A stretch of DNA of 64,000 nt from Macrostomum lignano (lineage: Eukaryota), in the NCBI GenBank assembly GCA_002269645.1, contig NIVC01000875.1:1-64000 (forward strand), read 5' to 3'. The notes below the pieces were generated by a model. That model was not told where the DNA came from and ran no database searches. It saw only the letters and a program-made list of their open reading frames with translations. Positions 21,557 to 34,659 of this stretch are shown here, piece after piece; position 1 is the stretch's first letter, and each line of letters opens with the position of its first letter. The translations under genes and the position numbers were made by a program.

Positions 21557-23321
21557 CAGTGTGACCACCAAAAATTACAAGAAATAATTAGCGCAGCACG
21601 AAAAAAATAGCGCAGGCAAAATCAAACAACGAACACCATTTATACATCGTAAAATTAAGTAAAAAGTTTGAATTTATACAACCATAAAGATGTTGAGTTA
21701 TTCATAGTTAATTTGGAGTTTAAAACTTAAAATAGGGCCTATTTCGATTTAATGAGACAGAAGCAGACAGGCTGCTTTAGCGAAGAAAAATGTACATGTA
21801 AAACACTCCCGGCGATGAAGTAAAAAATATTGCAATGGTCACTGCGATGGGAAGTAGTAAATTGATTCTCGACTCTATTCTTCTACTTGCGCTTTTTGGG
21901 AGTGGGTGCGTTTAAGCCACTGCCGCCGGTCTTGCTGTTGCTGCTGGAACTCATCCGCTTGCGAAGCTGAGCCTCGGACTTTTCTGCTTCCAGAAGGATT
22001 TCCCAGGCTTTTCTACGCGCCTCGTCAATTTTGCGCTGCTCAGCCTGCACCTGTTCCGCATTCCTTCGCCGCTCTCGCTCCTCCTCGTCAGCCTTTTCGC
22101 GTTCAGCCTGGGCACGCTGCATAGAATCGAACTGCTCTTGGATTCGTGCCATTGCTGCTTCGTTTCTTTTTGCACGAGCTCGTGCATCGGCCTTTGCTTT
22201 AGCTTCGAAGCCGTCAGCTACGAGGGCTGGCCCAATCGCAACTGTTGATGATCGCCAGCTGTTGGCCTTAAGCCACACTTTGATAGCCAGAAGCGAGTCG
22301 AGTGTAAAATCAGACAGTTTATTCCTTTGCTTCGTAAGAAGCGTGCCGATCCACTTGATGACGCGCTCGCTGTCCGCATTTCCGTGAGGGATACAGCAAG
22401 CAGCGCGACCAAGCGCCGTTAGATGTGGAAAGATGTCGGTGGACAAAGTGGCCCAGAATTCTTCGGGTGTCATGTCTGCAGATACATTAAAGTCATCAGG
22501 GCAGCAGGCGCGAAGCTTTGCTACCTCCAAACGAAGATCGTCAAGTCGTTCAGTAGGAACCACTGTCGTGAGGGCCCTAGCAACGCGCAAAACGCTTGTG
22601 TCGATGTTAAATTCTTCAGACACTGACAGCAAATACTTAGGATCGACAAACTGCAGAGCACGAAGCAGTTTGTTGTGCAGTGGCAAATAGGAAACAAGAC
22701 GACTGGTCAACTCGACGTAAAACTTTCGAGCAGCCACGAAAAAGCTTAGCTTGTTCATTTCGGTTAACGTAGTCAGTGTCTTGCGTGTATTATTTCCGAT
22801 TACCAACTCTTTATTCGAAACTTGATTTGCCCGGTCCTTGGCCTTTTCGGCAATCTCGCCAACAGTTGAGCAGTCCTGCACCACCTCGCCGCGAAGAAAG
22901 CTCAGCAAAATATCGCTGAGAAGTTCATCAAGACTTGCAGCAAGATGATGGACTTGGGTCGACTCAAGCTGAAACATCTTCTCAAACTTGTCGCAACGCG
23001 GCAAGACTTGCTCTAGGAATTGTAGGCGAGCAAGCACGTTGTTGTTCAGGGCCTGCTTGATTCGCCGTGCTCTTACGTTTTCCAAGAAGTCAGGCGTAGC
23101 ATTTAAAATTTGAAGCATTTAAAAGAAATGGGGGGGAGACAAACTCAATGTTTTGAAGCATTTTTTGGATACTTCATTTTGTGTATTTCATTTAAAACGA
23201 CAAAATTACAATGTAGAGCAAAATAGCGCAGATACATCAAATAGCGCAGAAAATAGAGCAATAGCGCAGGCAAGCAAAAATAGCGCAGCTGCGCTAAAAT
23301 AGCGCAGTGGTGGTCACACTG
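21557..23321 (-). mobile_element. Internally deleted hAT DNA transposon (1765 bp)
   Basis: Perfect 14-bp TIRs CAGTGTGACCACCA (21557-21570 and 23308-23321), perfect 8-bp TSD TCCACCAC (21549-21556 and 23322-23329), and subterminal TAGCGCAG repeats at both ends. Confidence 0.95.
21883..23118 (-). CDS. Truncated hAT transposase (C-terminal part with dimerization domain, charged tail and NLS-like PKKRK)
   Basis: Uninterrupted 411-aa ORF with FWATL...FPHL...CCIPHGNADSERV...KQRNKLSDFTLDSLLAIK, typical of the hAT C-terminal dimerization domain. Confidence 0.85.
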   Translation of the reverse strand: MLQILNATPDFLENVRARRIKQALNNNVLARLQFLEQVLPRCDKFEKMFQLESTQVHHLAASLDELLSDILLSFLRGEVVQDCSTVGEIAEKAKDRANQVSNKELVIGNNTRKTLTTLTEMNKLSFFVAARKFYVELTSRLVSYLPLHNKLLRALQFVDPKYLLSVSEEFNIDTSVLRVARALTTVVPTERLDDLRLEVAKLRACCPDDFNVSADMTPEEFWATLSTDIFPHLTALGRAACCIPHGNADSERVIKWIGTLLTKQRNKLSDFTLDSLLAIKVWLKANSWRSSTVAIGPALVADGFEAKAKADARARAKRNEAAMARIQEQFDSMQRAQAEREKADEEERERRRNAEQVQAEQRKIDEARRKAWEILLEAEKSEAQLRKRMSSSSNSKTGGSGLNAPTPKKRK

Positions 23322-24172
23322 TCCACCACCAATGCTGCGCCACGCAGGCTGATCCGCGCCGGACGCCGTCCACCAAAATGCCCATGCGCTGCATTCAGGT
23401 TATATCCTTTATAACAAGGATAGCAAAAGCATTATTATCATTGGATAGAGCTCATTACAAAGCTCATAATAGCCAGCCAATTATATATTTACCTAAAAAC
23501 TCTACCTTCAATATTTGTAACCATAGTAGCCTATAACTTTTTTCTCATTAATTAAAATATATAAAATATTGCAATAAACAAATTTATATTTACAAAAATG
23601 ACATCTTATAATAATTTCTTTTATTAAGTAACTTTAAATATCTCATTATGAAAAATTAGCTTTATAAGCTATATAGCTATACTTTCATTTTTTCTTCAAA
23701 AAGTCATTTTATCTGATAGTAAACAAAATGACTATGTACCCTAGCTCTAGCGATAGTGCTTTTTAGAAGCTTAATAGCCTTGCTTTTGAATTTTACTTAG
23801 GTCTATTGAATCTATAGGCTTAGTATATTTTAATTTATCATTCTAGTTCAGTTTTATAGGTAGAGATTTTTCTATTATAATTCCAATGTGGATTTTTTTT
23901 ATTAATTGTCTCTAAAATGCAAATTATATGATAGCATTGAAATTGTACTATAATCTAAATTATGCTGAGTGCACGCCTGGACATAAATTGAATAATTATA
24001 AATGCACGCCAAAAAATTGAGTGCACACCCATTCTCAAAACTATGCTGCCATTGTGACAATAAATGACCTTTTTGAATTGCATAATAGATCCTTTGTTGG
24101 CACACAATTTGGTTAATTTTTCAATTCTCTTTGTCTTTGGCAATACTAAAGGGGGCCTACTCATTATAAAAA

Positions 24173-24466
24173 ATGGCAATGGCTAGAGTTCCGGCACCGG
24201 AACCCATTTTTTAATGGCTATGCATCTGGCAGTGCCATTATAATATAGATAGAACATTATATTTTTCTTTCTACATGTGGCTGATATTGAGATTTTGTTC
24301 TAGATTAAAATTTAAGACAATATGATAAGATTCAAGATGAGATGCTTCTAATATCGAGACTTCTTAAGATATGTTCTTAGCAGTCTTTATATGCTTCTAT
24401 ACTGCACTGCCGGATCCCTAGCTATTAGAAAACAGGTTCCAGTGCCGGAACTCTAGCCATTACCAT
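24173..24466. mobile_element. MITE, 294 bp, ~32-bp TIRs
   Basis: ATGGCAATGGCTAGAGTTCCGGCACCGGAACC and GGTTCCAGTGCCGGAACTCTAGCCATTACCAT (2 mismatches). Confidence 0.8.
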
Positions 24467-24751
24467 AAAAAAATGATGCATGTAAAAATTTGTTTAATGA
24501 TTTGTTTAAAAAACTAGCATTTTTTGCTTAAAAATGAACTTTTTATATCCTTTTTTTACTTTACAATAACCTTTACTCTTTCATGTGATTCTATAAAGTG
24601 TATGCCAGATGTGCATGCACATTATTTTCTTAGGAGTGTTGCATGCCAATTGTGCATGCCTACTTTTGGTATATGAGGCCAATGTACACCCAAATTTTTG
24701 GGTGCATATTGCATGATTCAGAGTGTCTATTATATCATGTAAATCATGTCT

Positions 24752-25540
24752 AGGCTCATTCCATATAAGCATGGTCGTAACATGACAGGTTATTTTTACT
24801 TATAAAATGAAATTTAAAAATAGAATATACTAAACCAATATTTTAAATGAAAGATTATTTTGTCTAGAATATATTTATAGAGTTTCATATAGATATCATC
24901 ATTAGTATAGATGCTATTAAACCTTAAATGACACTTATGGTCGTAACGACAGGATTTTTGACATATAGAAACTAAAAGGTAAAAGTCTTATAACATTTTT
25001 CATTTTCGATATTTTGCAATACATTTTTAAAATTTGACTAAGAACATCTTTAGAAATCATACTCTTTTATTAGAATATATAAACTCAAAAGGCAACAAAG
25101 ATACAAAAGAAAAGGCAGCCTTATGGTCGTAACATTATGGTCGTAACATATTTTTTTCTGTCAATTCAGTAACTTTGAGGTACTAATACATTAAAAATAT
25201 AATAGATTATTTGGTCACCAATGCTTTTATCTGATGATGCAAGTACTATACTTTTATCTATAGTTTGTTTCAACCTTCAAAAGCTTTCTATTTGTTTTTA
25301 AAAGGTACAAAATCTTAATGATGTCTTTTGCTTCGAAAAAATGTCCAAATTTTTACAAAAATGACTTTTTGCCAATTGATAACATACTAATCCAACATTT
25401 TACCATTCCTTTATTCTTAGATTGTATATATTGCACAATATAAACATTTGGTAAAAAAATAGGCTAATTAGGCAATGGCAAGCAAAAATATTGACTTTTT
25501 TCTATTTTCCAAATATGTCCATCTTATATGGAATGAGCCT
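24752..25540. mobile_element. MITE-like element, 789 bp, 18-22-bp TIRs (AGGCTCATTCCATATAAG)
   Basis: Inverted repeats at 24752-24769 and 25523-25540; internal repeated ATGGTCGTAAC motifs; no clean TSD. Confidence 0.65.
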
Positions 25541-25611
25541 CTATTATATTGAACAAAGTCAAAAGTCTTAGCCTAGGCCTAGATAAAAATATCGAATTTT
25601 AGAGGCCTAGG

Positions 25612-26548
25612 CCCATAGTCAGGATGCCACACTTAGGAATGTTACATGTAAGCCGGAATTTTCCGGCATACCATTGAAAAGTTTGGCTATTTTGGCGTAC
25701 CACTTTGGTGTACCACTTTGAGCTTGAGAAATTTTTGGCGTACCAATTTTGGTGAATAAATTGATTTGTGTAAAAAATTGTCAAAAGCCATTGCCATACG
25801 TGTAAATTAACCCTTTTTAGTTTTTACATAAAATGAAAGAAAATTTATATAGTCTAGAAAGTCAGTGATAAACTTTTTGCTTTTTTACAATTAACAATGA
25901 ATAAAACTTGTGTAGGCCTAAATTATTGCTAAGAATGTAAATTTTGAATTCTTTTTTTCTGTAGGTTTAATTTAAGTTTGTTTAAAATGAAAATATTTGT
26001 AATGTTTGAAAGAATTTTTGTATAAATTGAACGAATTTTCGTACAAAAAACCTTTCTTAGAAAACTCTACTCGTGAAAACCGAATGACCTTTTTTTAGGA
26101 GGAATTTTTGGCGTACATTTTAGGGAATTTTTTTGTTTTTGGCATACACTGGCATACATTTAGCTGAGATAGGATTCTTGTTCCGGCGTACACTACTACA
26201 CGATCCAAACTGTGGTCAGGATGATGTATATAATGCCAGAAATTTCTGGCATACAATTGAAAATTTTACTTTTTTGTGGCATACAATTGGCATAAAAAAT
26301 GAGGCAAAATATATTTGGCATACCTTTTGCGTGATGCTGTGGTGTAAATAAATTGTTGGCATAACGCCGTAACCTCAGAATCTTACTATAAAATCATAAA
26401 AACCATAAAACTCATAAGATGAAAGTTCATAACTATTCGCCTGGCGTAAGTTCCTAGGACCTTGGCGTACATTTCAGTATGAAGTGGCGTAGATTTTTTA
26501 GGAGACTTTTTATTCTGGCATATACCATAACATGATCCTGACTATGGG
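25612..26548. mobile_element. Non-autonomous TIR element, 937 bp, TIR CCCATAGTCAGGAT, many subterminal GGC(A/G)TAC motifs (CACTA/EnSpm-like)
   Basis: 14-bp inverted repeats at both ends and more than 15 GGCRTAC-like motifs; TSD not conserved. Confidence 0.65.
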
Positions 26549-27326
26549 TTCGGCCTATGCCGCCTATTAAAATATTTCATATTTAAATTATTAACTAAGA
26601 ACACTAAAAGTTATGATTCAGAAAGACTAACTGAAGAAATAAAAAAGAAATATAAAAAATTATATTTGAAGAGTAACAAGAAGACAAGCTAGCCTAGCTA
26701 GGCACTAGCCTAGAAGAAAATATTTCAGACCTCAAGGCTCAAGCTAGTAAAATAATTTAGCAAAGGAAAATATAGAATTCACATGCTAAGAGGAGGGAAT
26801 CAGCAATCAGGAGAGAAAAACAAAAACAAAAAGAATAATACAAACTGGAACTAATAAGTGATACTGATGCAAAACAACAGTGATATAGGCCTACTTTTCT
26901 TTCTGAATGTAAACAAACGTTCAATTATCGAAGATAGTTAGGCGTGTAGTCGTAGAAATGTGCCAACTTAACACTAATCATGAATGAAGTCCTATGGCCA
27001 ATTGCAAAAACGGTTACAAAAACTGCTGAATAATGCTGATTGCTTAGTAGGGAGGTTAAATATCTATTTAGTTTGACAAACGGTCGTGTTTTCGACGAAA
27101 CAAGCAATTTCATAGCGTGTCATCTTTTCGTTTTGAATTTGCGCCGGTAGATTGTTCAAAAACAGTTTTGTTATAAACATAAAAAAATTGTTTAACTGAT
27201 TGGCTAAATGCAAATTGAAGCTGTTGTCATAGTAGGCGCGTCGATTTGAAAATTTCTTCCAACTACATTTTATTGCTCTTCGAATCTCTCTCTTCAAGCG
27301 TAGCGAGTTAAATCTTCGCCACTGCA

Positions 27327-28492
27327 ATGAAACCCAAGACAGTAGATCGGGCTGAGGCTGCGCGACAGAAGGCTTTCACGACTCAGGCACTACAGCGTAA
27401 TGTCAATGTTGGCGCTCCACCAAGATCTGGTGCTTTTCAGGAAAAATGTCGGTCCCAGCCAACACAGTTTAGGAAGTTTTATGAGCGTGGTGATTTTCCG
27501 ATCGCTCTAGAGTTTGACACAAAGGGCAACAAGATTGCGTGGAAGGTTGAAATTGAAAAGCTTGATTATCACCACTATCTTCCCCTCTTCTTCGAGGGAC
27601 TGGCAGAGACGGAGCATCCATATGAATTCTTTGCCAGACAAGGTAATTATTGATTCCATAATCAAGGCTCTTTCTAGTTATTTACTTTCAGCACACAAAT
27701 TTAAAAATCTGTTTCAAGAGATCGTTTTCAGTTTCTTTTTAACATGAAATTTACCCACAAATACTTTATTTGGCATTGATTAATTCTTGATTGAATCCAC
27801 AAAGTTAAAAGTTATTCATTATATGCTTTATATTTGTATTTGAGTGTCTAAAACTTTGAAAAGCGGTCATAAATTGAATTCACAGAAAGGCCATTAATAT
27901 ATTCCATTAATAATATATTAGTATTTCAAAACAACAAGTAGACAATTTTAGAAATATTCAAAAAACAAATTTTTCACACAAAGACATTACTCAGCAAATT
28001 GATTCGTTTTCAACCAGGCGTGCACGACATGCTGGAGCACGGCGGATCGAAGATTCTCCCCGTAATCCCTCAGCTGATCATCCCGATCAAGAACGCTCTG
28101 AACACAAGGAATCAAAAGGTGCGGTTTTCTAATTATATCATGCGATAAATTGGTTGCCATGACGACAAGTTTTAATAATTCAATTGCCCACCTAAATTAT
28201 CGTCCAGGTGTGCTGCACCGTGCTGAAGGCTCTGCAACACCTGGTTGTGTCAGCCGACATGATTGGTGAGGCGCTGGTGCCCTACTACCGCCAGATACTG
28301 CCCATCCTCAACGCCTTCATCAACAAGAACGAGAACCTGGGCGACGGCATTGACTACAGCCAGCAGAAGCGCGAGAACCTCGGCGACCTGATCCACGAGA
28401 CGCTCAACGCCTTCGAGATTCACGGCGGCGAGGACGCCTTCATCAACATCAAGTACATGGTGCCCACCTATGAGTCCTGCATGCTGCAGTAA
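27327..28492 (+). CDS. PACRG: Parkin coregulated gene protein; exons 27327-27642, 28018-28118, 28208-28492 (233 aa)
   Basis: Highly conserved [45 protein letters not shown]...PYYRQILP...[19 protein letters not shown]; in-phase GT-AG introns. Confidence 0.97.
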
Positions 28493-29384
28493 TTTCTGAA
28501 ACAATTCTAAAGAAATGATTGTGTCTGTCCCCTCTTGTCTTAATAATCCTTGTTCTCTGAGCGGTTCGGGATTTCCCCGCCCGAAATCGAACCACCGACC
28601 CCTGCCCTCCACGTTCTTATAACTTTATAACTTTTGTATCTCCGCGTCAACGGATGACAATGTTCGATATTTAACGTAAAAACATTTGAAAAAGCTTACG
28701 GTTCTGGCCTCTAGTGCCTTCGTGTTCGTGCATAACCATGTAATTATTTAGCGTAGGTAACTATGAATTTTCCCTGATGAAGAAGTTTTTCGTCCTTTGA
28801 AACCGAATTCGCATGGAAAGTCAATATATAATACTCTTATACTACTATAAGTAGCGCAGACAGTTAGAGATTTCTGTAAATTCTTTCCAATAGAAATGTT
28901 TATTGGTTCTGGATTTATCGATCTTTGATAGCAAAGTTTGAGGAATGTTAATCAGTTTATAATTCTTCGAATTTTCATATGGACGCACTGATTCAACTGA
29001 GGCTCCTTAATAAAATTATATTGTTATAATTAATCGTTCCTAATTTTTAGACTCGGCTTACATTCACTTCGTTCCAGAACTACAGGCAGTTGCTAATTTG
29101 CAGAATTCTGTATTTTCCTGTACTCTTTCTCTTAAAATAACTTTTTTTTATTTTAGCATGCTGAATTTATCTTTATGGTAAAATTTATAGCTAACATTAT
29201 GTTCAACTAATACACGATAAGCCTGTGGGAGCAGCGGTTTAAGTTTACCCCAACAAAATATTTGCTGCGAGATTGTTTAAGTTCTAATTTTGAACAAGAA
29301 ATGCATGGAAACGCAATGGCCAAGTGCTTTGTTAAAGATTTTGTTTTGTCTTTTTGCGTTCCTTTTGATGTCGCAATAAGTAGA

Positions 29385-29698
29385 AATTTGCGATACTGTA
29401 CATCAGGGTGAATCAGATATACTGTACATCAGGGTGAATCAGATACACTGTACATCAGGGTGAATCAGATATACTTTACATCAGGGGGAATCAGATATAC
29501 TGTACATCAGGGTGAATCAGATATACTGTACATCAGGGGGAATCAGATATACTGTACATCAGGGGGAATCAGATGTACTGTACATCAGGGGGAATCAGAT
29601 ATACATGTACTGTACATCAAGGGGAATCAGATATGCTGTACATCAGGGGGAATCAGATATACTGTACATCAGGAGGCATCAGATACTGTACATCAGGG
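29385..29698. repeat. Minisatellite, 26-bp unit ATACTGTACATCAGGG(T/G)GAATCAGAT
   Basis: About 12 copies. Confidence 0.93.
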
Positions 29699-29929
29699 AC
29701 CCCTTTTTCCGTGATGTACGAGCTATCTATCAAATATTTTTACTAATTTTCAAGTATAACCATTTTAATATTAATGTATTAATTATTGAACTATTGTGAA
29801 CCTCATTTCTTCCACATCTGCACTCTACTATCGCAGCTAGAGCTCACGCATACTTGTATTTGAGCACGTCAAGAGGAGCGTAATGCGTGAACAAAGTGGT
29901 CTTGACCTGTCCTAGCAGCTACATGTAAG

Positions 29930-29996
29930 TGACGTCACCTGCCTAGGCGCGCTGTGATTGGCTAAAAATATAAACTTGGGCGACGTCCTATATAAG
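29930..29996 (+). promoter_or_regulatory. Promoter-like cluster: CRE (TGACGTCA, 29930-29937), reverse CCAAT (ATTGG, 29957-29961), TATA-like (TATATAAG, ~29989-29996)
   Basis: Consensus motifs in promoter-like order and spacing; no downstream coding exon found. Confidence 0.35.
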
Positions 29997-30119
29997 ACCT
30001 ATATGTAAGGAAGGGTTTGTTGCACAACGCGTGATGTAACCAAACAGGAAAAATCAGGAAAAAACAGGAAACAAAATAAGGGACGACTCGCGCGGGCTTA
30101 AAAGTATTGAGATGGGTAT

Positions 30120-30417
30120 TAATAACAATAATTGACTACACCTGCCCTAATGGGTAGATATGCAACCGGCAGCTCAGCCGCAGCTATTGCGCGGCGCATC
30201 TGAAGGCTGCGTACGGCTGTTCAGTCCAAGGACTGGGGGGTCACCACACACCCTCAATTACCCCAACCAATTCTCTGGCACCCATTTTACAGCTGGGTGA
30301 ACTGAAGTAATGCAGAGTTGTGTTATCTTGCTTAAGTGGATGGGTCGAGTGGGTCGAGAATCGAACCTCTCATCTTTCAGTCGTGGGACCGACGCTCTAG
30401 CCACTAGGCTGAAACCA
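30120..30417 (-). mobile_element. tRNA-derived SINE with CORE-like body, copy 1
   Basis: Minus strand has A box (TAGTGGCTAGAG), B box (GGTTCGATTC) and body TTCAGTTCACCCAGCTGTAAAATGGGTGCC; homologous to the 37.3 kb and 47.4 kb copies. Confidence 0.85.
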
Positions 30418-30986
30418 TCGAAGTGGTTATAAGGGGTGAGTCATCTTGGCCCCAACCCAAGCCCCAAATAGTGATATAACTGCATGCCCCATATCTAACT
30501 TGTGACTTTTCCTTTATCCAAATAATATTGATTAATATTCATGGATCAATAATTTGTTGTTTATAGTTACCAATAACAAACAGGCACTGGTACACATCAT
30601 TATAGCTAATTTCACTACAGTAATGAATTATTTAACCCAAGTATTGTACTGTGTGTTCAGCTTCTCCGATGAAGTCGTGTCTACCGATCGACATTGGTTA
30701 TTAACACATTTACTGACATAAATTAAAATCGAAATACCTCAAACGTGCAAATTTAAATATATTTGCTGTGTTTTTCATATTTTGCGATTTTCTAAAAATT
30801 AGCGTCAATATCACGTAGCGAAATGACTGGAATGGTTCTCCAGTAAAATACCGATCCCCATCACTGCGTAGTTCGAAATGAAACTGCGAAGTAGCTTCTA
30901 CCTAGCTTTGAAAAATTCTATATTTAAAAAATGAAATTCTTGCCAATCAAGCTGGAAAACTGCCTCTTTGGAATTCACATTAATTC

Positions 30987-31527
30987 ACTGACTCCAACTG
31001 GACCCACCGCTGTGCTAAATTCTGAGATTCCAGCTGTGCTAAATGCTGAGATTCCAGCTGTGCTAAATGCTGAGATTCCAGCTGTGCTAAATGCTGAGAT
31101 TCCAGCTGCGCTAAATGCTGAGATTCCAGCTGTGCTAAATGCTGAGATTCCAGCTGCGCTAAATGCTGAGATTCCAGCTGTGCTAAATGCTGAGATTCCA
31201 GCTGTGCTAAATGCTGAGATTCCAGCTGCGCTAAATGCTGAGATTCCAGCTGTGCTAAATGCTGAGATTCCAGCTGTGCTAAATGCTGAGATTCCAGCTG
31301 TGCTAAATGCTGAGATTCCAGCTGTGCTAAATGCTGAGATTCCAGCTGTGCTAAATTCTGAGATTCCAGCTGTGCTAAATTCTGAGATTCCAGCTGTGCT
31401 AAATGCTGAGATTCCAGCTGTGCTAAATGCTGAGATTCCAGCTGTGCTAAATGCTGAGATTCCAGCTGTGCTAAATTCTGAGATTCCAGCTGTGCTAAAT
31501 TCTGAGATTCCAGCCGTGCTAAATGTC
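30987..31527. repeat. Minisatellite, 24-bp unit GCTGTGCTAAATGCTGAGATTCCA
   Basis: About 21 copies (AVLNAEIP in ORF 30931..31530). Confidence 0.95.
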
Positions 31528-31674
31528 TAAAGAGGATGCGAAGAACTTAAGAGTCAAAATAAAGCCCGAAAATATTTTGGAGCCAAATATCTCCCGTTAT
31601 GTCTAAAACCGACCACTTTACCATTTGGGGATCGATCTCTACGGGGAAGAAGGGATAAATAGGAATAAGACGGT

Positions 31675-34295
31675 AAGACAGTAAGACACTAAGACAGTAA
31701 GACATTAAGACACTAAGACAGTAAGACATTAAGACAGTAAGACATTAAGACACTAAGACAGTAAGACATTAAGACACTAAGACACTAAGACACCAAAACA
31801 GAGGACACTAAGACAGTAAGACAGTAAGACAGTAAGACAGTAAGACAGTAAGACACTAAGACAGTAAGACATTAAGACACTAAGACAGTAAGACATTAAG
31901 ACACTAAGACACTAAGACACCAAAACAATAAGACCCTAAGACACTAAGACACCAAAACAGTAAGACACTAAGACACTAAGACACCAAAACAGTAAGACCC
32001 TAAGACACTAAGACACTAAGACACTAAGACACTAAGACACTAAGACACTAAGACACTAAGACACTAAGACACTAAGACACTAAGACAGTAAGACACTAAG
32101 ACACTAAGACACTAAGACACCAAAACAGCAAGACACCAAGACACTAAGACAGTAAGACAAGACACAAAGACACTAAGACACTAAGAAACTAAGACACTAG
32201 GACAATAAGACACTAAGACAGTAAGACACTAAGAAACTAAGACACTAAGACACTAAGAAACTAAGACACTAGGACACTAAGACAGTAAGACAGTAAGACA
32301 CTAAGACACTAAGAAACTAAGACACTAAGAAACTAAGAAACTAAGACACTAAGACACTAGGACACTAAGACAGTAAGACAGTAAGACAGTAAGACAGTAA
32401 GACACTAAGACACTAAGACACCAAAACAATAAGACCCTAAGACACTAAGACACCAAAACAGTAAGACCCTAAGACACTAAGACAGTAAAACACTAAGACA
32501 GTAAGACACTAAGACACTAAGACACTAAGACACTAAGACACTAAGACACTAAGACACCAAAACAGCAAGACACCAAGACACTAAGACAGTAAGACAAGAC
32601 ACAAAGACACTAAGACACTAAGAAACTAAGACACTAGGACAATAAGACACTAAGACAGTAAGACACTAAGACACTAAGACACTAAGACACTAAGACACTA
32701 AGACACTAAGACACTAAGAAACTAAGACACTAGGACACTAAGACAGTAAGACACTAAGACACTAAGACACTAAGACACTAGGACAATAAGACACTAAGAC
32801 ACTAAGACACTAAGAAACTAAGAAACTAAGACACTAGGACACTAAGACACTAGGACACTAAGACAGTAAGTCAGTAAGACACTAAGACAGTAAGACACTA
32901 AGACACTAAGACACTAAGACACCAAAACAGCAAGACACCAAGACACTAAGACAGTAAGACAAGACACAAAGACACTAAGACACTAAGAAACTAAGACACT
33001 AGGACAATAAGACACTAAGACAGTAAGACACTAAGAAACTAAGACACTAAGACACTAAGAAACTAAGACACTAGGACACTAAGACAGTAAGACAGTAAGA
33101 CACTAAGACACTAAGAAACTAAGACACTAAGAAACTAAGAAACTAAGACACTAAGACACTAGGACACTAAGACAGTAAGACAGTAAGACAGTAAGACAGT
33201 AAGACACTAAGACACTAAGACACCAAAACAATAAGACCCTAAGACACTAAGACACCAAAACAGTAAGACCCTAAGACACTAAGACAGTAAAACACTAAGA
33301 CAGTAAGACACTAAGACACTAAGACACTAAGACACTAAGACACTAAGACACTAAGACACCAAAACAGCAAGACACCAAGACACTAAGACAGTAAGACAAG
33401 ACACAAAGACACTAAGACACTAAGAAACTAAGACACTAGGACAATAAGACACTAAGACAGTAAGACACTAAGACACTAAGACACTAAGACACTAAGACAC
33501 TAAGACACTAAGACACTAAGAAACTAAGACACTAGGACACTAAGACAGTAAGACACTAAGACACTAAGACACTAAGACACTAGGACAATAAGACACTAAG
33601 ACACTAAGACACTAAGAAACTAAGAAACTAAGACACTAGGACACTAAGACACTAGGACACTAAGACAGTAAGTCAGTAAGACAGTAAGACAGTAAGACAC
33701 TAAGACACTAAGACACCAAAACAATAAGACCCTAAGACACTAAGACACCAAAACAGTAAGACCCTAAGACACTAAGACAGTAAAACACTAAGACAGTAAG
33801 ACACTAAGACACTAAGACACTAAGACACTAAGACACTAAGACACTAAGACACTAAGAAACTAAGACACTAGGAACTAAGACAGTAAGACAGTAAGACACT
33901 AAGACACTAAGACACTAAGACACTAAGACACTAAGACACTAAGAAACTAAGACACTAGGACACTAAGACAGTAAGACAGTAAGACACTAAGACACTAAGA
34001 CACTAGGACAATAAGACACTAAGACAGTAAGACAGTAAGACAGTAAGACAGTAAGACACTAAGACACTAAGACACTAAGACACTAAGACAGTAAGACACG
34101 ACACAAAGACACTAAGACACTAAAACACCAAATTAGTAAGACCCTAAGACACTAAGACAGTAAGACAGTAAGACACTAAGACACTAAGACAGTAAGACAG
34201 TAAGACACTAAGACACTAAGACAGTAAGACAGTAAGACACTAAGACACTAAGACACTAAGACACTAAGACACTAAGACACTAAGGCACTAAGACA
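31675..34295. repeat. 2.6-kb 8-bp satellite (TAAGACAC/TAAGACAG)n with an internal 802-bp duplication
   Basis: Direct inspection; diagnostic variant CAAAACAGCAAGACACC at 32121/32923 and 32558/33360. Confidence 0.97.
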
Positions 34296-34659
34296 CAACG
34301 CATTTTTACAGTTTAAAAGGTGATGCATCGATGCAGAAGCAATGAAGTCAAGGATTGTTTACAAAAACATGCAATACTATGATTCAGGCCATGTGACACG
34401 CAAAACACTTGATGCAACGCAAATCGCCACAACACCAAACAGGGGAGAATGTTGAAATGACAAAACGAATTTCCGTTCTGAGTGCTGCAAGCCTTCAAAA
34501 GATTTAGCGCACTTGTTTATTTAGCTGCCGATCTCGTGCCAGAGACGCTGGGGTCAAAGTGTCAGGACTGCAATAAATGGCTGAATTTCTCATTTTAGAA
34601 TTGGACTGTACAATATAGCAGAGCTGCAGCTTGAAGGGCTGGAAGCCTAGCTGGCATGG

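Noticed and set aside
30931-31530. 199-aa ATG-started ORF of AVLNAEIP repeats
   Set aside because: It is a translation of a 24-bp minisatellite that is open because the unit is a multiple of 3 with no stop; no splice or domain support.
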